Source: the human T2T-CHM13v2.0 reference genome, Homo sapiens | DNA length: 64,000 bases | Strand: one strand, 5' to 3' | Assembly: GCF_009914755.1 (NCBI RefSeq) | Contig: NC_060931.1 | Shown: positions 27,232-41,095 of the stretch, piece after piece | Numbering within the stretch: position 1 is the first letter of the stretch | How the letters are laid out: the number at the start of each line of letters is the position of its first letter | Notes under the pieces: model-generated | Database searches by the model: none | The model's input: only the letters and a program-made list of their open reading frames with translations | What the model was told of the DNA's origin: nothing | Program-made: the position numbers and the translations under genes

Positions 27232-30214
27232 ATCACAAATAGAAATGTTTTCTTTCTCCACAGTTTGGAAGACCATCACAAAAAGGAAAGAAGAGAAAAT
27301 GTGACATAGTACAAACCTGAGTCTTCCATTTGATAGCTGTAAATTTTAGTAGTTGGTATGTAAATCATGAATGATATTCTGATATTCTGGGCATTTATGA
27401 GAAGTTAAATTAGATAGCATAATTAAAGTATCAGACACAATTGTGCTTTCAACCAAAAATGCATAGTTATTTTATCCCTCCCCTTAGTATTAAATAAATT
27501 TTAATAGGTCTTTTTATAGGTGAAACATTATTGTCAGAAAAGAATTTCAAACTATATAAATGAGAAAAAAATAATGTTTGGCTTCTTTGAAATTAAGGAA
27601 AATTTCATAGTGCAAGAGGTATTGGTAACGCAGTCTACAGACACAAAAATTTCATTCATTTTTATAATACATGACTGTCTCACAGGAAGAATACAAAGTT
27701 TGAGACACACAGGTAAATAAAAGGATTGCATTTCCAGTCCTCATGGAATTTAGAATCTAGCAGGTAAATAAATGGGAATCACAAACAATTTTTAGCCCGA
27801 TGAGTTTTTAATAAAGACCACAATACTGTGGGAATATAGAGCAGCAAAATTTGCCCTTGTCTCCTCGAAAATAAACCATTAAACTGATTCAAAGTAATAG
27901 TGGCTAGTAAATATTAGAGAAGTATGCCTTGAAGAAGCAGCAATAGACATAAAAGCTGTGAGAAGAATGCAGAACATCTTAGTGAAATCGAGAGACAACT
28001 AGTGTGTTTGGGTCGTAGACACCAGTAAGGGCATGTGACTGGAGAGAGAAGTTAGCGCTATATGAAAAGGACCTTTAGTAGATTACCGAATTTCTCTTAA
28101 GGGAAATAGTACATTATTCAAAGGGGTTAAACAAGTGATTTCAGATATTTGTTTTAAAATGTTAGCTAAATAATGCACAATCTATATGACTCTCCAGAGT
28201 AAAACTCTTAGAGATTTTCATACTTTTTTTTCTGTTTTGATGCTCATGACATACCCTCATTCAAAAAAGGTTTGGGCATTATTCTTCTATAATTATACAA
28301 TGGACATAAGAATACTTGATTTATGATTTGTACTGCCATGACCTGATTTAGGAATCAGAAATATAAAGCCTTTTTATCACATACATGATTCAATTGGCAA
28401 AACTATTTAAATTTATCACTATGTTGTTTCATGATTTAACAAAAAAAAATCCCACAAAATGAGTTTACACTCTAAACTGTATTCCAAGTATAGCAGGAAA
28501 TTTCATAGAAATATATTTAAAGAGGATTAGTTAAGTTTTGAAAAACTATATATAATTACTAAACTGAAGAAAATATTAAATTAGGATAAACCTCATTATT
28601 TTTGTCATAGTATCAAATGTCTATATATTTGCTTCACATTTAATATTGACACTTGTAGTTTGAAAGCCTCTTAGTCTTTCTTGCTGTCTAATGGATGTTT
28701 GCTTAATAGGCCTTGATACTATTGTAGGCTTGAATTTACATAAATCTTACCTCCAGGACACACAATATGATAACTACCTATCCTATACAGAGGGTCCAGA
28801 TATTCTACCTATGTCTTTCTGGTCTCATTCATAGAACTTACTTCTACTACTAGTACACTCTTCTCATGAGAAAACAAATAAAAAACAAAAACAAAAAGAA
28901 GTCTACTTCCTCTTCACTCTCTTGCTTCTGCTCCCTGTCTCGTAAATTCAATGTGCTGGTTCTTTGCTCATGGAAACATTGCTTGGATCCAGAATGTGAC
29001 TTTGCTTTCTGTGGTGTTGGCTCTTCTGCTAGCTTCTTTCCTTTTATCCTTTTATTAAAAATTATTCTAACATATTTTCAGCATATTTTCTACCAACATT
29101 CATCAGAATTAGTAAGGAATCTCTGATTAAAGTTAAGCATTATGGCTATGTAAGTTAAATGAAAGTTAAGTATATTCAACATATATAAATATTGGCATAC
29201 AGCATAGCATCCAAGGACATAGTCTTGAAAGATAATTAAAACACTTAACTTTGATATGTGAGCTTGGTATGAGAATGAAACTGCACACACACACAAACGT
29301 AACATTTACCAGAAAATTTTCAAGTTATTTTTTTCAAAGGAATGTCACCTACTATGATCACAAAAGTTGGATGTCAGGAGTAATTAATTATCTCATACTT
29401 TTAGCCACAATGCTTAGACAGTAGGAATTAAAGTTTAAAATTGGGACATAAATCTGGAAAAAAAGGTTAAGTTGGCTCTGTGGGATCTTATGTATAACTA
29501 AAAATGCTTATATTTTTCATCAAACTATTCTCTTTTAAAGGTTTGCTTTACAGCCAATTAGTTTTGCTGTATTATGAGTCATATGTTTAATAATGAGAAA
29601 AAAACACGTTTTCTATATGTTGTTTTAGAAGAGATGGAAAAGCACTTCAGAATTTTGTCAGAAAAAAAGAAATACCTATCAAAGTAATTTTTCACTGTTA
29701 CAAATTCGAGTGTGTCAACATCTACTCTATATATTAAAGTCTATTCAACACATGCATAAATAATGGAATTAATAATATAAAATATAAATGACTGCAAATA
29801 AGTTGACAAATTGTTGAAAGTTATTTGCTAGAACATGAAAGTCAAATAATAAAAGTTGGGGAATACCAAAATATCATGTGCTTATCTGTCTAGGGAGATT
29901 GATTACTTAATCCACTTCTTTTTAAAGCTTCATGAGCACTCAAATATATTGTAATTCTTTCTGAATGAAAAGATAATATTCGTACAATGAATGTGAGGGT
30001 TTCATGTTGATCTTCCTATTGTCTTTTGTTTAACAACAAAACAACCTTTCAAACATAACAATATAAAACAAAAATTATTTGAGTACCTAGCAGACTTCTC
30101 ATGGAGAAAGAAAGGCACTGAGACCCAATTTGCTGTAGAGTGAGATTCCAAAGTATATTTTAGAAGAAAGAAGAGAAATTAAAGAAAGCCTTAATTTCCT
30201 TGCATAAGAAATAA

Positions 30215-33200
30215 ATGCAGAAGTTCCACCTCTAGAATGGCAATGTGAAGAGCTCCATGGATCTTTTAAAAAATTGTTGAAAATTATAAAACAACCATGA
30301 CCTATGTCACTTGAAAAGTCATAATGGTACGTAGAAAATGATGAAGTATTTATTCAAGAAAATCTACTGAAACTAAGAACAGTGAGAGTTTTTTTGCATT
30401 TGATCCACAATCCGTTCTTACCTCTCTTTCTCACAGCCTATCTTGATACAAACTCTACTCAAGGCAACGTAGCCAAGTGGGGTCTTTTTACTAGACCCCA
30501 CTGGGGGGCTATAGTATCTTTCTGGGAGTAACAGTACATCAGAATTTTTCACTTCAACCCCCACCTGCTGCCACTACTTGTTCTTGAGATTAAGCTTTTG
30601 TTGAATGTGGCCAAGAAGTAGGATGTCACTTCCTCCTACCAGCTCTAATTCCTGAAATGAGGACTGTTTGGGTGCAACACACTGAGAACACTGAGCCCTG
30701 ACTGCCTTCTTTCTGGTTTGTCTGTCAGGCAAAGTTCTCATTCCAGGAGTGGCAAACTGAGATTGCCAATGGCTACTTCTCATCCCAGTGACCCAGTCTC
30801 AAAGTAGGGCTGTCACTCCTAGAAGAGAATGCTGCTCTCTTTGCTGCAATCATCAGAGCCAAAGCTCAGAAGTTTTGCCCAAAGGAAGGGGCAGAACATA
30901 CAGCACAGAGTGTAAAGCTTTTCCCAAAAGAAGAGTTTGGGGAAATTCAACCATAAGGGTACTTCAAAAAACAATGAACTGATGGTAAAAAGCAAATAAG
31001 AGAGACTGGCACTTTATTACAGACATATGCTTTGAAACAAAAGTCAGCTAGTTTACCAGGAATAACCCAGGAAAAAGACAGCTAAGAAGAGCCCTTCTGG
31101 TGTCAGGAAGAAGTTTCAAATGCTGAACAAATGAAAAGACCTGAAATAATAAATAAGACTGTTAATACAATAAAAGCTGTAAATACATAGTACGTTTCTT
31201 TTCCTCTCTTTTTTTAAGACATAAAATTATGTCGTGTGTTAGTCTGTTCATGCTGATATATATATATATACACCAGAGACTGAGAAATTTGTAAAGAAGA
31301 AATTTATTTCTCATAGTTCTGCAGGCTGGAAGTTTAAGATCAATTTGCTGGCAGGTTTGGTGTCTGCTGAGGTGCCCTGAATACTGCATTTTGCAGAGGG
31401 GGTGAATGCTGTATTTTCATATGGTGAAAAGGATGAAAAGGCAAAGGGTACTAATTCCCTCCAGCCCTTCCATAACACACTCATACCATCCATGAGGACA
31501 GAGCCCTAATAGCCTAATCATATCCTCAAGGTTCCAGCTCTTAATGCTGTCACATTGAAATTAAGTTTCAACATGAACTTTGGAGGGGACAAAACAACAA
31601 ACCATATCATCAGGTAACAGTTATAACAATAAATTACTGGGTATATAGCATATATAGATGTAATGTGTACAGCCATAATAGCACAAAAAGAAGGACAGCC
31701 AAAGTATACAAAAGTGAACAAAAGTAAAATTTCTATATACATATGTCACTAGAATTGTTATGCATCTAAAATTGATTGTGATAAGATGCATACAGTAAAC
31801 CCTAAAGTAACAGTTAGGGGAAACATTGAAAAATATAGATAAAATATTATTAAATTTAAATTAAATGTTTTATAAAAAATACCTAATTCAAAAGAAAGCA
31901 GTAGAGGAGGAATAGAGGAATGAAAAGACATAAGGTATACAGAAACTGAAGTAAAATAATGCATGTAAATCTAACTATACTAGTAACCTCAAGTGAAAAT
32001 GAATTTAAATATTCAAATAAAAGACAGATTGTCAGACTGGAGGAAAAACAAATTAAATAAACAAGATCCATCTACATGTTGTCTGCAGGAGACACACTTC
32101 AGATCCAAAGATGAAAATTCATAGAAAAAAAAGGATGGAAATGTTATATGATGCAGGCAGTAACCACAAGAAAGCTGGAATTGTTACATTAATATCAGAA
32201 AAAATAGACTTTATAAAAAGGGTTACAGAGGTAAAGAGAGATATTTCATAAAAATAAAAGGGCCAATATCTCAAAAGTAAATAATTATAAGCATATATAT
32301 GTGTGACAAAAAGACTTCAAAATCCATTGACATAGAAACCTCCAAAAATGAAGATTAGACAATTTAACATACTTCTTGCAGCCTTTAATACTCACTTTCA
32401 CAAATGGATAAAATGACGAGGCAGAAGATCAACAAAGAAATAGAACACTTGAACAATACTATAAAATAACTAGACTGATTAGATATTTAAGAAACACTGT
32501 AACAACAGTAGATTCTCAAGTGCACACGCAACATTATCCAGGAATACCATATCCCAGGCCATAAAATAGACCTCAATGATTTAAACATTGGAATAACACA
32601 AAGTATATTTTCAGACAATAATTGAGTAAAATAATAAATCAGCAATAGGAAAATTCGGGCAACTCAGAATTATGTGGAAATTAAACAACATTCTATTAAA
32701 TAACCGATGGGTCCAAGAAGAAATAATAAGATAAATTAGAAAATACTTTAAAAAAAGATAAAATACTTTATGAAGGCATAATATCTCTTATGTGATGCAG
32801 TAAAAGTAGTTCTCATACTCAGAAATGACATTCTCTAACCTGCCACCATAAGGCACTGAAAAAAGAAGAGCAAATTAAAACTACAGCAACCACAAGAAAG
32901 TATTAGGGATATACAAATTAGTGAAATACAAAATAGAAAAACAATTGAGAACGTCAACAAAGCCAAAAATTGTTTCTTTGAACACATCAACAGTGGCCAC
33001 AATTTACATAGACTGACCAACAAGAAAGAGAAACTATTCAAGTATTAATGAAATTTTTAAAAGGACACTAAACTTAAAGATATAAAAATTATTATAAAAT
33101 TACCTATGAACAATTATATCTAAAATTTAGATTTTTTTAAGAACTGGACAAATTCTAAGAAAGATTCAAATTAGCAAAAATGAGTCAAGGAGAAATATAA

Positions 33201-33585
33201 AATCTTAACAAGTAAAGAGATTTAGTAATCAAAACTACCACCTCAGGAAACAATGACAACAGCAACAAATCTTCTAGCCAAGAATGCCTCTACCAAACTT
33301 TCAAAGTTGAATTAATACAATTATTTACAATCTCTTGCAAAAAAAAAAAAAGAGAATACACTTCCCAGTTTATTCTATGAAGCTAGTATTACCCTAATAA
33401 CAAAACCAGACTATAGCGTCAAAAAAAAAAAAAAAAAAAAAAGAAAACAAAAACACATAACAATATCTTTAACAAAAATCGATGGAAAAAATCCTCAGCA
33501 AAATGCTGATGATCAAAATCCAGCAATACATGAAACATATAATGTACTATAACCAGGCACGACTTATCTCAGGAATGCAAGAAAA
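30215..33585 (+). mobile_element. Ancient L1M element (5' region, inter-ORF and ORF2 EN/early-RT remnants), interrupted by an MST LTR
   Basis: ACATGTTGTCTGCAGGAGACACAC, GCAGAAGATCAACAAAGAAATAGAACACTTGAACAATAC, TGGAAATTAAACAACA and ATTCTATGAAGCTAGTATTACCCTAATAACAAAACCAGAC. The 5' boundary is uncertain. Confidence 0.75.
31235..31608 (-). mobile_element. MSTC/MSTD-like MaLR LTR
   Basis: TGTGTTAGTCTGTTC...AAATTTATTTCTCATAGTTCTGCAGGCTGGAAG...TTTCAACATGAACTTTGGAGGGGACA...AAACCATATCA. Confidence 0.75.
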
Positions 33586-36500
33586 ATGTAAAATGCATGC
33601 ATCGTTACATTAACTAGAGTCAATTATATTGAGTTTCATTTTCCCTATTGATTACCTACTAAGTTGCTTCCAGTTTTACAGTTATTTCGTACTGCCATTC
33701 CTAGACTCATATCTGGACTGTTTCACAGTATCGACTTTAGAGAATATAGAGGAATAATCTTGGAAACAGAGAAACAATATTGTTCATTGATTTTAAAATC
33801 ATATATATACACACAAATAGTCAAAAAGTCATTTTAGCCAAAATGAATTCCATGTCAATGAAAATGAAATAACGAAATGATACCATCAATCAAAAAGAGA
33901 TGAGAAAATGGAGGAAATGAATATTGGAAAATAGAGTCACTGACTTAATTGTTGTATTTCTAGTGAAGCAGGTAAACAAATTAAATTCTCTTCTGTAGAG
34001 TTATCCAATCTAGGGCCCCATGTCTTTAACCTGGCACCAACAAAGTACTAAAACCATATAACAAAACATTCTTTTATTAATTCCATATTCATCAAATGAT
34101 TTTCTGGTATACATTTGGGTCCTCATGTAACTTTGTCTATCTAGAAAGAACACTTTTGTTAATTTAAAAGGAATATTTCAGTTCCTACAGCATTTCTTTA
34201 CATTAACTGGTTTAAACACCAATCTCCGTTAGTTAGTATACCTCTAACAAAAACTGGATTAATAATCAGGTATCTGGGCAGGAAATGCTGTGCCTCAGGG
34301 TCTACTAGCAGTGAGTGAGTAAGGAAATGATTCTTTGTGTCTTTCTGTAGTAAGGCATTCATAGCTTCTGTTTTACAAAGCATAATTAAAGCTACCAATA
34401 TTTTGGAGCCATAGATCATCAGTAAAAGGCTGTATTTGTGTGCAGAATATTTGATATAAAAAGTTAAGGCTTCCAGTCTTATTTTGTTATAACTTTTCTA
34501 ATTATATGGTATTGTATTTTCAGATATCAGTACACACAATGAAAACAATTAAAAAAAAAATTACCATTCACAGTTTGCCTTCTTTCCATCAAATTGGTCT
34601 CATGTCATATAAACGTAGTTTATTTTAGAGATGCAGTGTTCCTTTGTATTCATAGCATCATCACTCAAGATGGTAATTATGGTGAACATTTGGGTCATTA
34701 CACTGGCTTATCCTTTAACAAATTGCTATGAAACTGGATCTTACCCTTAAGCTCCAATGTCTGTATGGCCTTGATAATATAGAAAATGCAGTCCTCATTG
34801 GACCGAACCTCAGGAAATGAATAAATGGCTATTTGGAGTCCTGGCTCCCTTTGTGCTTTTATATTCCTGAGGGCATGGTTTTATAATACTTCACAGAATA
34901 AGACTAATTGTGAAATATTTGGATGTAAGTTGATTTGGATGTCCCTGATTACACAATATCTGCATTTAAGACAAGACACTATTTTCAATTATGATTTTGT
35001 CAGGTTTTTGAAATACAGGATTGACTTTTAACAGAAACTGTTTGTGTGCTGGCATAATACCATTTGTGCTTTTATATTTATTCTGTATATTAAAAAGGGA
35101 TATTAATTAACTAAAAGGGTTTTTGTGCTTATTTTAGACAATAAAGAAATTTATTATGAAAGTTTACTCATAAATATGCTGGACAGTCATTTCATAATAA
35201 AGTATGACATTCTTTTATTTATGTCTCCCCAGGGGTAAAGATCATTCAAGCAGAACTATCTCCTGTATTAGTATTTATTCACCTAAATAGACTTTTGGTT
35301 AAAATTTTAATGAAAAGTCATGCTTATATTACTGCATAATTTTGTATATGCATGGATATTTATCTGTTCAAAGTAGAGATGTAGTTGACATGAAGGGATG
35401 TCTGCCTAGTTCACAAAAGTATGACCATGAAAATATCATTTCTATGATCCTCCCTCATTAGGGAGCTATCCCTTTGTCACTCCAACCTTGAAACTGTAAT
35501 GTCAGAGATTATAGTATCTACTTCCCTGTGCAGTACTTTTTGATGCAAGCAATAGATCCATGATCTGAGAATAGTCAAAGTGCATCTCAGATTTTTCAAG
35601 AGTTGGAGACAGTGGAGGTTTTACTTCTGATGGTATATGTTGTAAGAATGAGTCTGTATCTGTCAGTGCCAAATTAAGTAAGATGGAATAAGAATAAAGC
35701 TGATGCTCAGAGAAGGGGGAATGAGAGTTAGAGGTATTACTGACTATTTAAAATCCGTCCTGAGGTCAGACCCACAAATGCATTTTGTTATTTTATTTCA
35801 ATACTGATAAAACCTTCTTTTTATGGTTATAGTTAGTTCAAATTAGTTTTTTTCAATTTCAATTGAAATAACAGGTGTAAAAAACCACAAAAGTATCCCA
35901 TTTCCCCTTGCAAATGTATTGTTCTGAAGCTAGACTGATGTTGAAATACTCGAGGTTAACCTAAAATGATACTGTTTTACTGATGCCTTCATTTTTAGTA
36001 TATTTTCCTTAGATTTTACAAGAGGTAAAAACATCTACTATAGATGTGTTACCTTTTGAGGTTGCTTGTAGTCTTCCTATCTGGTGTGTGTGTGGCTGGG
36101 ACAGTGGAACACGATGGAAAGACTGAAAATGATACAATTCCAAAAAGCTGTTTTTACAGTGTGAAGCCTAGCCTCCGAGTAAAATCCCAATACTATCACG
36201 CAAAAAATTACTAGGTTTGCACCATATATTAATAGGTTGGAAAACTAAAAAGGCCTATGAGGCCCTATAAGAACCACCTTATTAGTGTTTAATAAAGGTA
36301 AAGGTAAAGTACAACAGAAAGAAAATGCAGGAAATCATTGAAAGTCTGTCTTTCAGGAACAGAGCCTTTCTCCCTAAAGATCGTTCTCAGTCTCATGGAC
36401 ACATTTTATCTGTGTATCATGAACCTTCAAGATTTGAGCTTACTATAATAATTTAAGGGAAGTGCAGAAAAGTCTTTATAGCAGGCTCCCTCATACATTG

Positions 36501-37394
36501 TTGGTCATATACTTCTTAAGCCAAGTTGTGTAAACCATCAAACTCAACATTCTCAACGATGTAGACCAGTTGGCACTAAACTTAAATCAACATATTATGA
36601 ATCACTAACTAGCACATGCCATTTTCATCTTGCTCACGAATCAGTGTTATGTTTCCAATTCATATCTAGATATAAATATCAAGCTGTTCCAGTCCAACTG
36701 TAAGAGAGCCCTCTCTTATGTAGCCATACATTAACATATGTGAGAATATAAGATGTGTTGAGGAAAAAGTATCAAAGGATTGAGAAATCAACATAAATTT
36801 TAAGAAGAATTAAGAGGAGACCAGGCTACATTTAATGTCATCAAAGATAATTCTAGTGCATTGGCATTATTTTTTCACGTGCCTTTTCTCTCTTTTCCCC
36901 TCGACAGATTCTCTAACTAGTTTTAATCAATTTTATAGAATAATTTGCGTATAAGGCACACATTTTAGTCCAGTTCAGTTTTACAAATTTATAAAGCTAG
37001 ATAACCACCTACACAATCAAATATAGAATATTCCCTTCACCTACACGTTTATTGCATGACCTTTGCCAATGAATTCCCCACTTCAACCCCAGAAAGGTTT
37101 AATGCATTGTCTTTATATAATTTCAAATTTTATTTACATGGAAGCATACAATACTTATTATTTAGTATCTGCCTTCTTTCCTCTAGTATCTGATAAAAAT
37201 TCACGTTTAATTTTTTTTTTTTGTACAAAGGAATGACAATCCTTCAATTGTAAAAGCTAAAGAACATGCCACCCAACTAATCACATGCCTTAGGGTATAT
37301 TTCTGAAAAATAAGATACATATTTTAAAACCAACTTTAATAAAACTCAGGGCTATTAAAGTATATATACAAATACAACACTAAAAAATAAAGTT

Positions 37395-37698
<304 letters not shown>

Positions 37699-37709
37699 TT
37701 ACGTTTCCA

Positions 37710-38500
<791 letters not shown>

Positions 38501-39710
38501 CTACCCCAAAACTTTGTCCCCCACCATTATTTCCCTACCTTCTTTTCCTGACGGACTTTGGCCCCCTCCCTCTCACCACCCTTTTTCTTTCACCATCTGC
38601 CCCCAAACTTCTTCATCATTTTTTGCCCACCCTCATTTCATAAAGCCTTCTCTACTCTCCTGCTCAACACCCTTTTCCGCATCCATCTACCCAAACCCTT
38701 TCCCCAGTTTCTTCCCACCGTCTTTTCCCCTATCCCTGGCCACCCTCTTTTTCCCCGTCCCGCTCTTATCACCCTCTTTTGCTCCTTTATCTAAGCAAAA
38801 ACATTTTCCCCCGTCTTTTCCCAAAACCTTCTCTCCACTCCTGGTGCTCACTACCCTCTTTCCCCCCTTCATCCAACCAAAAACTGTTTTCTTCATCGTC
38901 TTTCCCCCGGTTCCCCATTTCCATTCTCCTTCCCTTCTCCATCTACCCAAAAACATTTCCCCCCATCTTTACACAAAGCCTTCTCCCCATGCCTATTCAC
39001 CTCCCTGTTTCCCCCTCCATCTACACCCCAAAACTTTCCCCACAATCTTTTCAAAGTCTCCCCACTTTACCACTAGTGCTCTTCTTTCCCCCCATCCTGC
39101 TTGCCACCCTTTTTTCCCCTCCATCTACCCCAAACTATTTTTCCATTGTTTCCCCAACCCCCTATCCCTGCTCCCTCTTGCCACCCTCTTCCTTCCTCCT
39201 TGTCACCCTCTTTCCCCTCTCCATCTATAGAAACACTTTTCACCCACCGTCTTTTCTTTCTTCACTGTCTTTCTTTTCTGCCACTGTCTTTTCACAAAAC
39301 CTTGTCTTCCTCCTGCTGGCTACCCTTTTTCCTTCTCCCACTTGCTACCCTCTTTTGCTCAACCCAAAAACTTTTCCCCCCTACTGTATTTTCTCCCCAC
39401 TGTCTTTTCACAAAACCTTCTCTCCCTACCGCTCGCCCCGTTTTCCCCCATCACCTCCCTCTCTTTCCTCCGCCCACTTGCCACCCTCTTTTCCCCCTCC
39501 ATCTACCCTTTAACTTTTTACCCACCGTCTTTCTGCAAAACCTTCCTTCCCTCCCGCTCCCCGTGATGTTTTTACCCCTCCATCTACCCAAAAACTTTTT
39601 TCCCCACCATCTTTTCACAACGCCTTCTCCTGCTAAGCTATCCTTTTTTCCCTTTGGCACTAACTACCCTCTTTACTCTCCTCTATCTATCCCAAAACTG
39701 TTTTCCTTCT
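38501..39710. repeat. Degenerate pyrimidine-rich tandem repeat (unit ~70-105 bp)
   Basis: Recurrent CCATCTACCCAAAAAC-TTTTCCCC..CCGTCTTT..CAAAACCTTCT..GCCACCCTCTTT; anchors near 38593, 38683, 38939, 39017, 39121, 39221, 39499, 39580. Confidence 0.85.
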
Positions 39711-39901
39711 CCTACCGCTCCAGTCGCGCTGCTATCTCTCCATCACTGCCAACAACCGCAGCAAGGCGAGCCGCGTTCACGTGGCTCCAGCCTCCAGCAT
39801 ACGGCCACTGACTCCTGATTCCTAGTCCTCTACGTTGGGCAGCGACCAACTCGACATGAAGATACAGGAACCTGAAAAAACGTTATCTCTCTTCAACATC
39901 A

Positions 39902-40145
39902 TTTATATACTGCGGTAATGCCCACGGTGGTTCCTGGACTGCATGTCTTGATTGGATGAGAAAAAAACCTCCAGGCTTACTCTGATTGGACTTTATGATC
40001 ATGTTCTGGTTGGATGAGAGCAAGTCTTAACACAACCAATCACAGCATGAAAATAAAGTCCAATCAGAATAGGCCTAGAGGTTTTTTTCTCGTCCAATCA
40101 GAACATGTAGTCCAGGAACTGCATTTGCATAACCTCATATATAAA
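39902..40145. promoter_or_regulatory. Palindromic bidirectional Pol II promoter
   Basis: TATATAAA on minus at 39902-39909 and on plus at 40138-40145. ATTGG at 39951 and 39985, GTTGG at 40009; CCAAT at 40036, 40060 and 40094. Octamer ATTTGCAT at 40123-40130. Symmetry axis ~40024. Confidence 0.8.
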
Positions 40146-40169
40146 GCATGCTGAGGTCGCATCAGGTCA

Positions 40170-40498
40170 TTTCAGGCTCTTCGGTGTCGAGCAGAGGAGC
40201 AACTCTGTGCCCAGCTTAGAGGACTGAAAGAGGCCACAACCTTCCGCCTGCTGGAGGGTGGAGGATGGATGGAGCCTGGAGCCTGGGTCACTACCTTGTT
40301 GCGGTTTGTGGTGGCGATAGAGCAGTAGGATGGTGGCCGGCAGCAGGAGCTTCTGCTGATGGGCTGGGGGACTAGAAGGAAGAGGCACTGCCACGTGCTG
40401 GAGGCTGGAACCTGTGCCACCATGGCTCGCCTCGCTGTGGTTGGTGGTGACGTCGGAGACTGCAGCTCAGCCACAGTAGTAGAAATGTGATGGGGTAG
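40170..40498 (+). other. Predicted non-coding first exon ending in a strong 5' splice site
   Basis: Starts ~30 nt after the TATA and ends at TAG|GTGAGT (GT at 40499-40500). No transcript evidence available. Confidence 0.45.
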
Positions 40499-40519
40499 GT
40501 GAGTTTTCCGGGCCTGCCC

Positions 40520-41095
40520 TTTATGTCTCTTGGGGCAAGGGTTGGGTGTCCTATTGGGGCTTACTGCTAGAGGCTACCCTGCCTGTGGCAGTGGTCTGGT
40601 TGGGGGCACTCTCCGGGGTTGCATTGCTGGTGGTGGGGCAGGTTGCCTGGCTATCTGGGGCTATACTGCCCGTGGTGGCAGGGGTGGTGGGGGGAGGCAG
40701 ATTGTGTACACTAGCTTGTATTGCTGGTGGCTGGGGAAGGATTAGGGGCACTATCTTCTGCTGCACTGCCCGCAGCAGGGGGTGGGTTGGGTGGAGTTAT
40801 GCGGGGCTACAATGTTGGCAGTGGGGGGTGATTTAGGGGCGTTGTTGGGTGCTGCATTGCCTGTGACTTGGGGGTGCATCATTAGGAGCTGAACTGCCCG
40901 TGGCTGGGTCAGATTGTGGGCACTATTGGGTGGTATGCTCCCTGAGGTGTGGGGGAAGTGCTTTTGGGGGGGGTATTGGGGTTACATTGCCTGAAACTGT
41001 AGGGTGTGTTGGATGTGCTATCTGGGGGCTACACTGCTAGTGGCAGGGGGCAGATTAGGGGTGCCATGGGGGCTACACTGCCAGTGGCATTGGCG
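40520..41095. repeat. Degenerate G-rich tandem repeat
   Basis: About 12 copies of GGGGCTACACTGCC-like cores separated by GGTGG/GGGG runs. Confidence 0.75.

Noticed and set aside
38514-39811. Overlapping 236-244 aa Pro/Phe/Ser/Leu-rich ORFs
   Set aside because: Long ORFs occur in more than one frame because the C/T-rich repeat rarely forms stop codons; no domain features.
39700-40500. Histone gene pair flanking the histone-like promoter
   Set aside because: No H2A/H2B coding sequence or histone stem-loop on either side.
38501-41095. CRISPR-like repeat/spacer array
   Set aside because: Primate DNA; units are degenerate along their whole length with no constant repeat and unique spacer structure.
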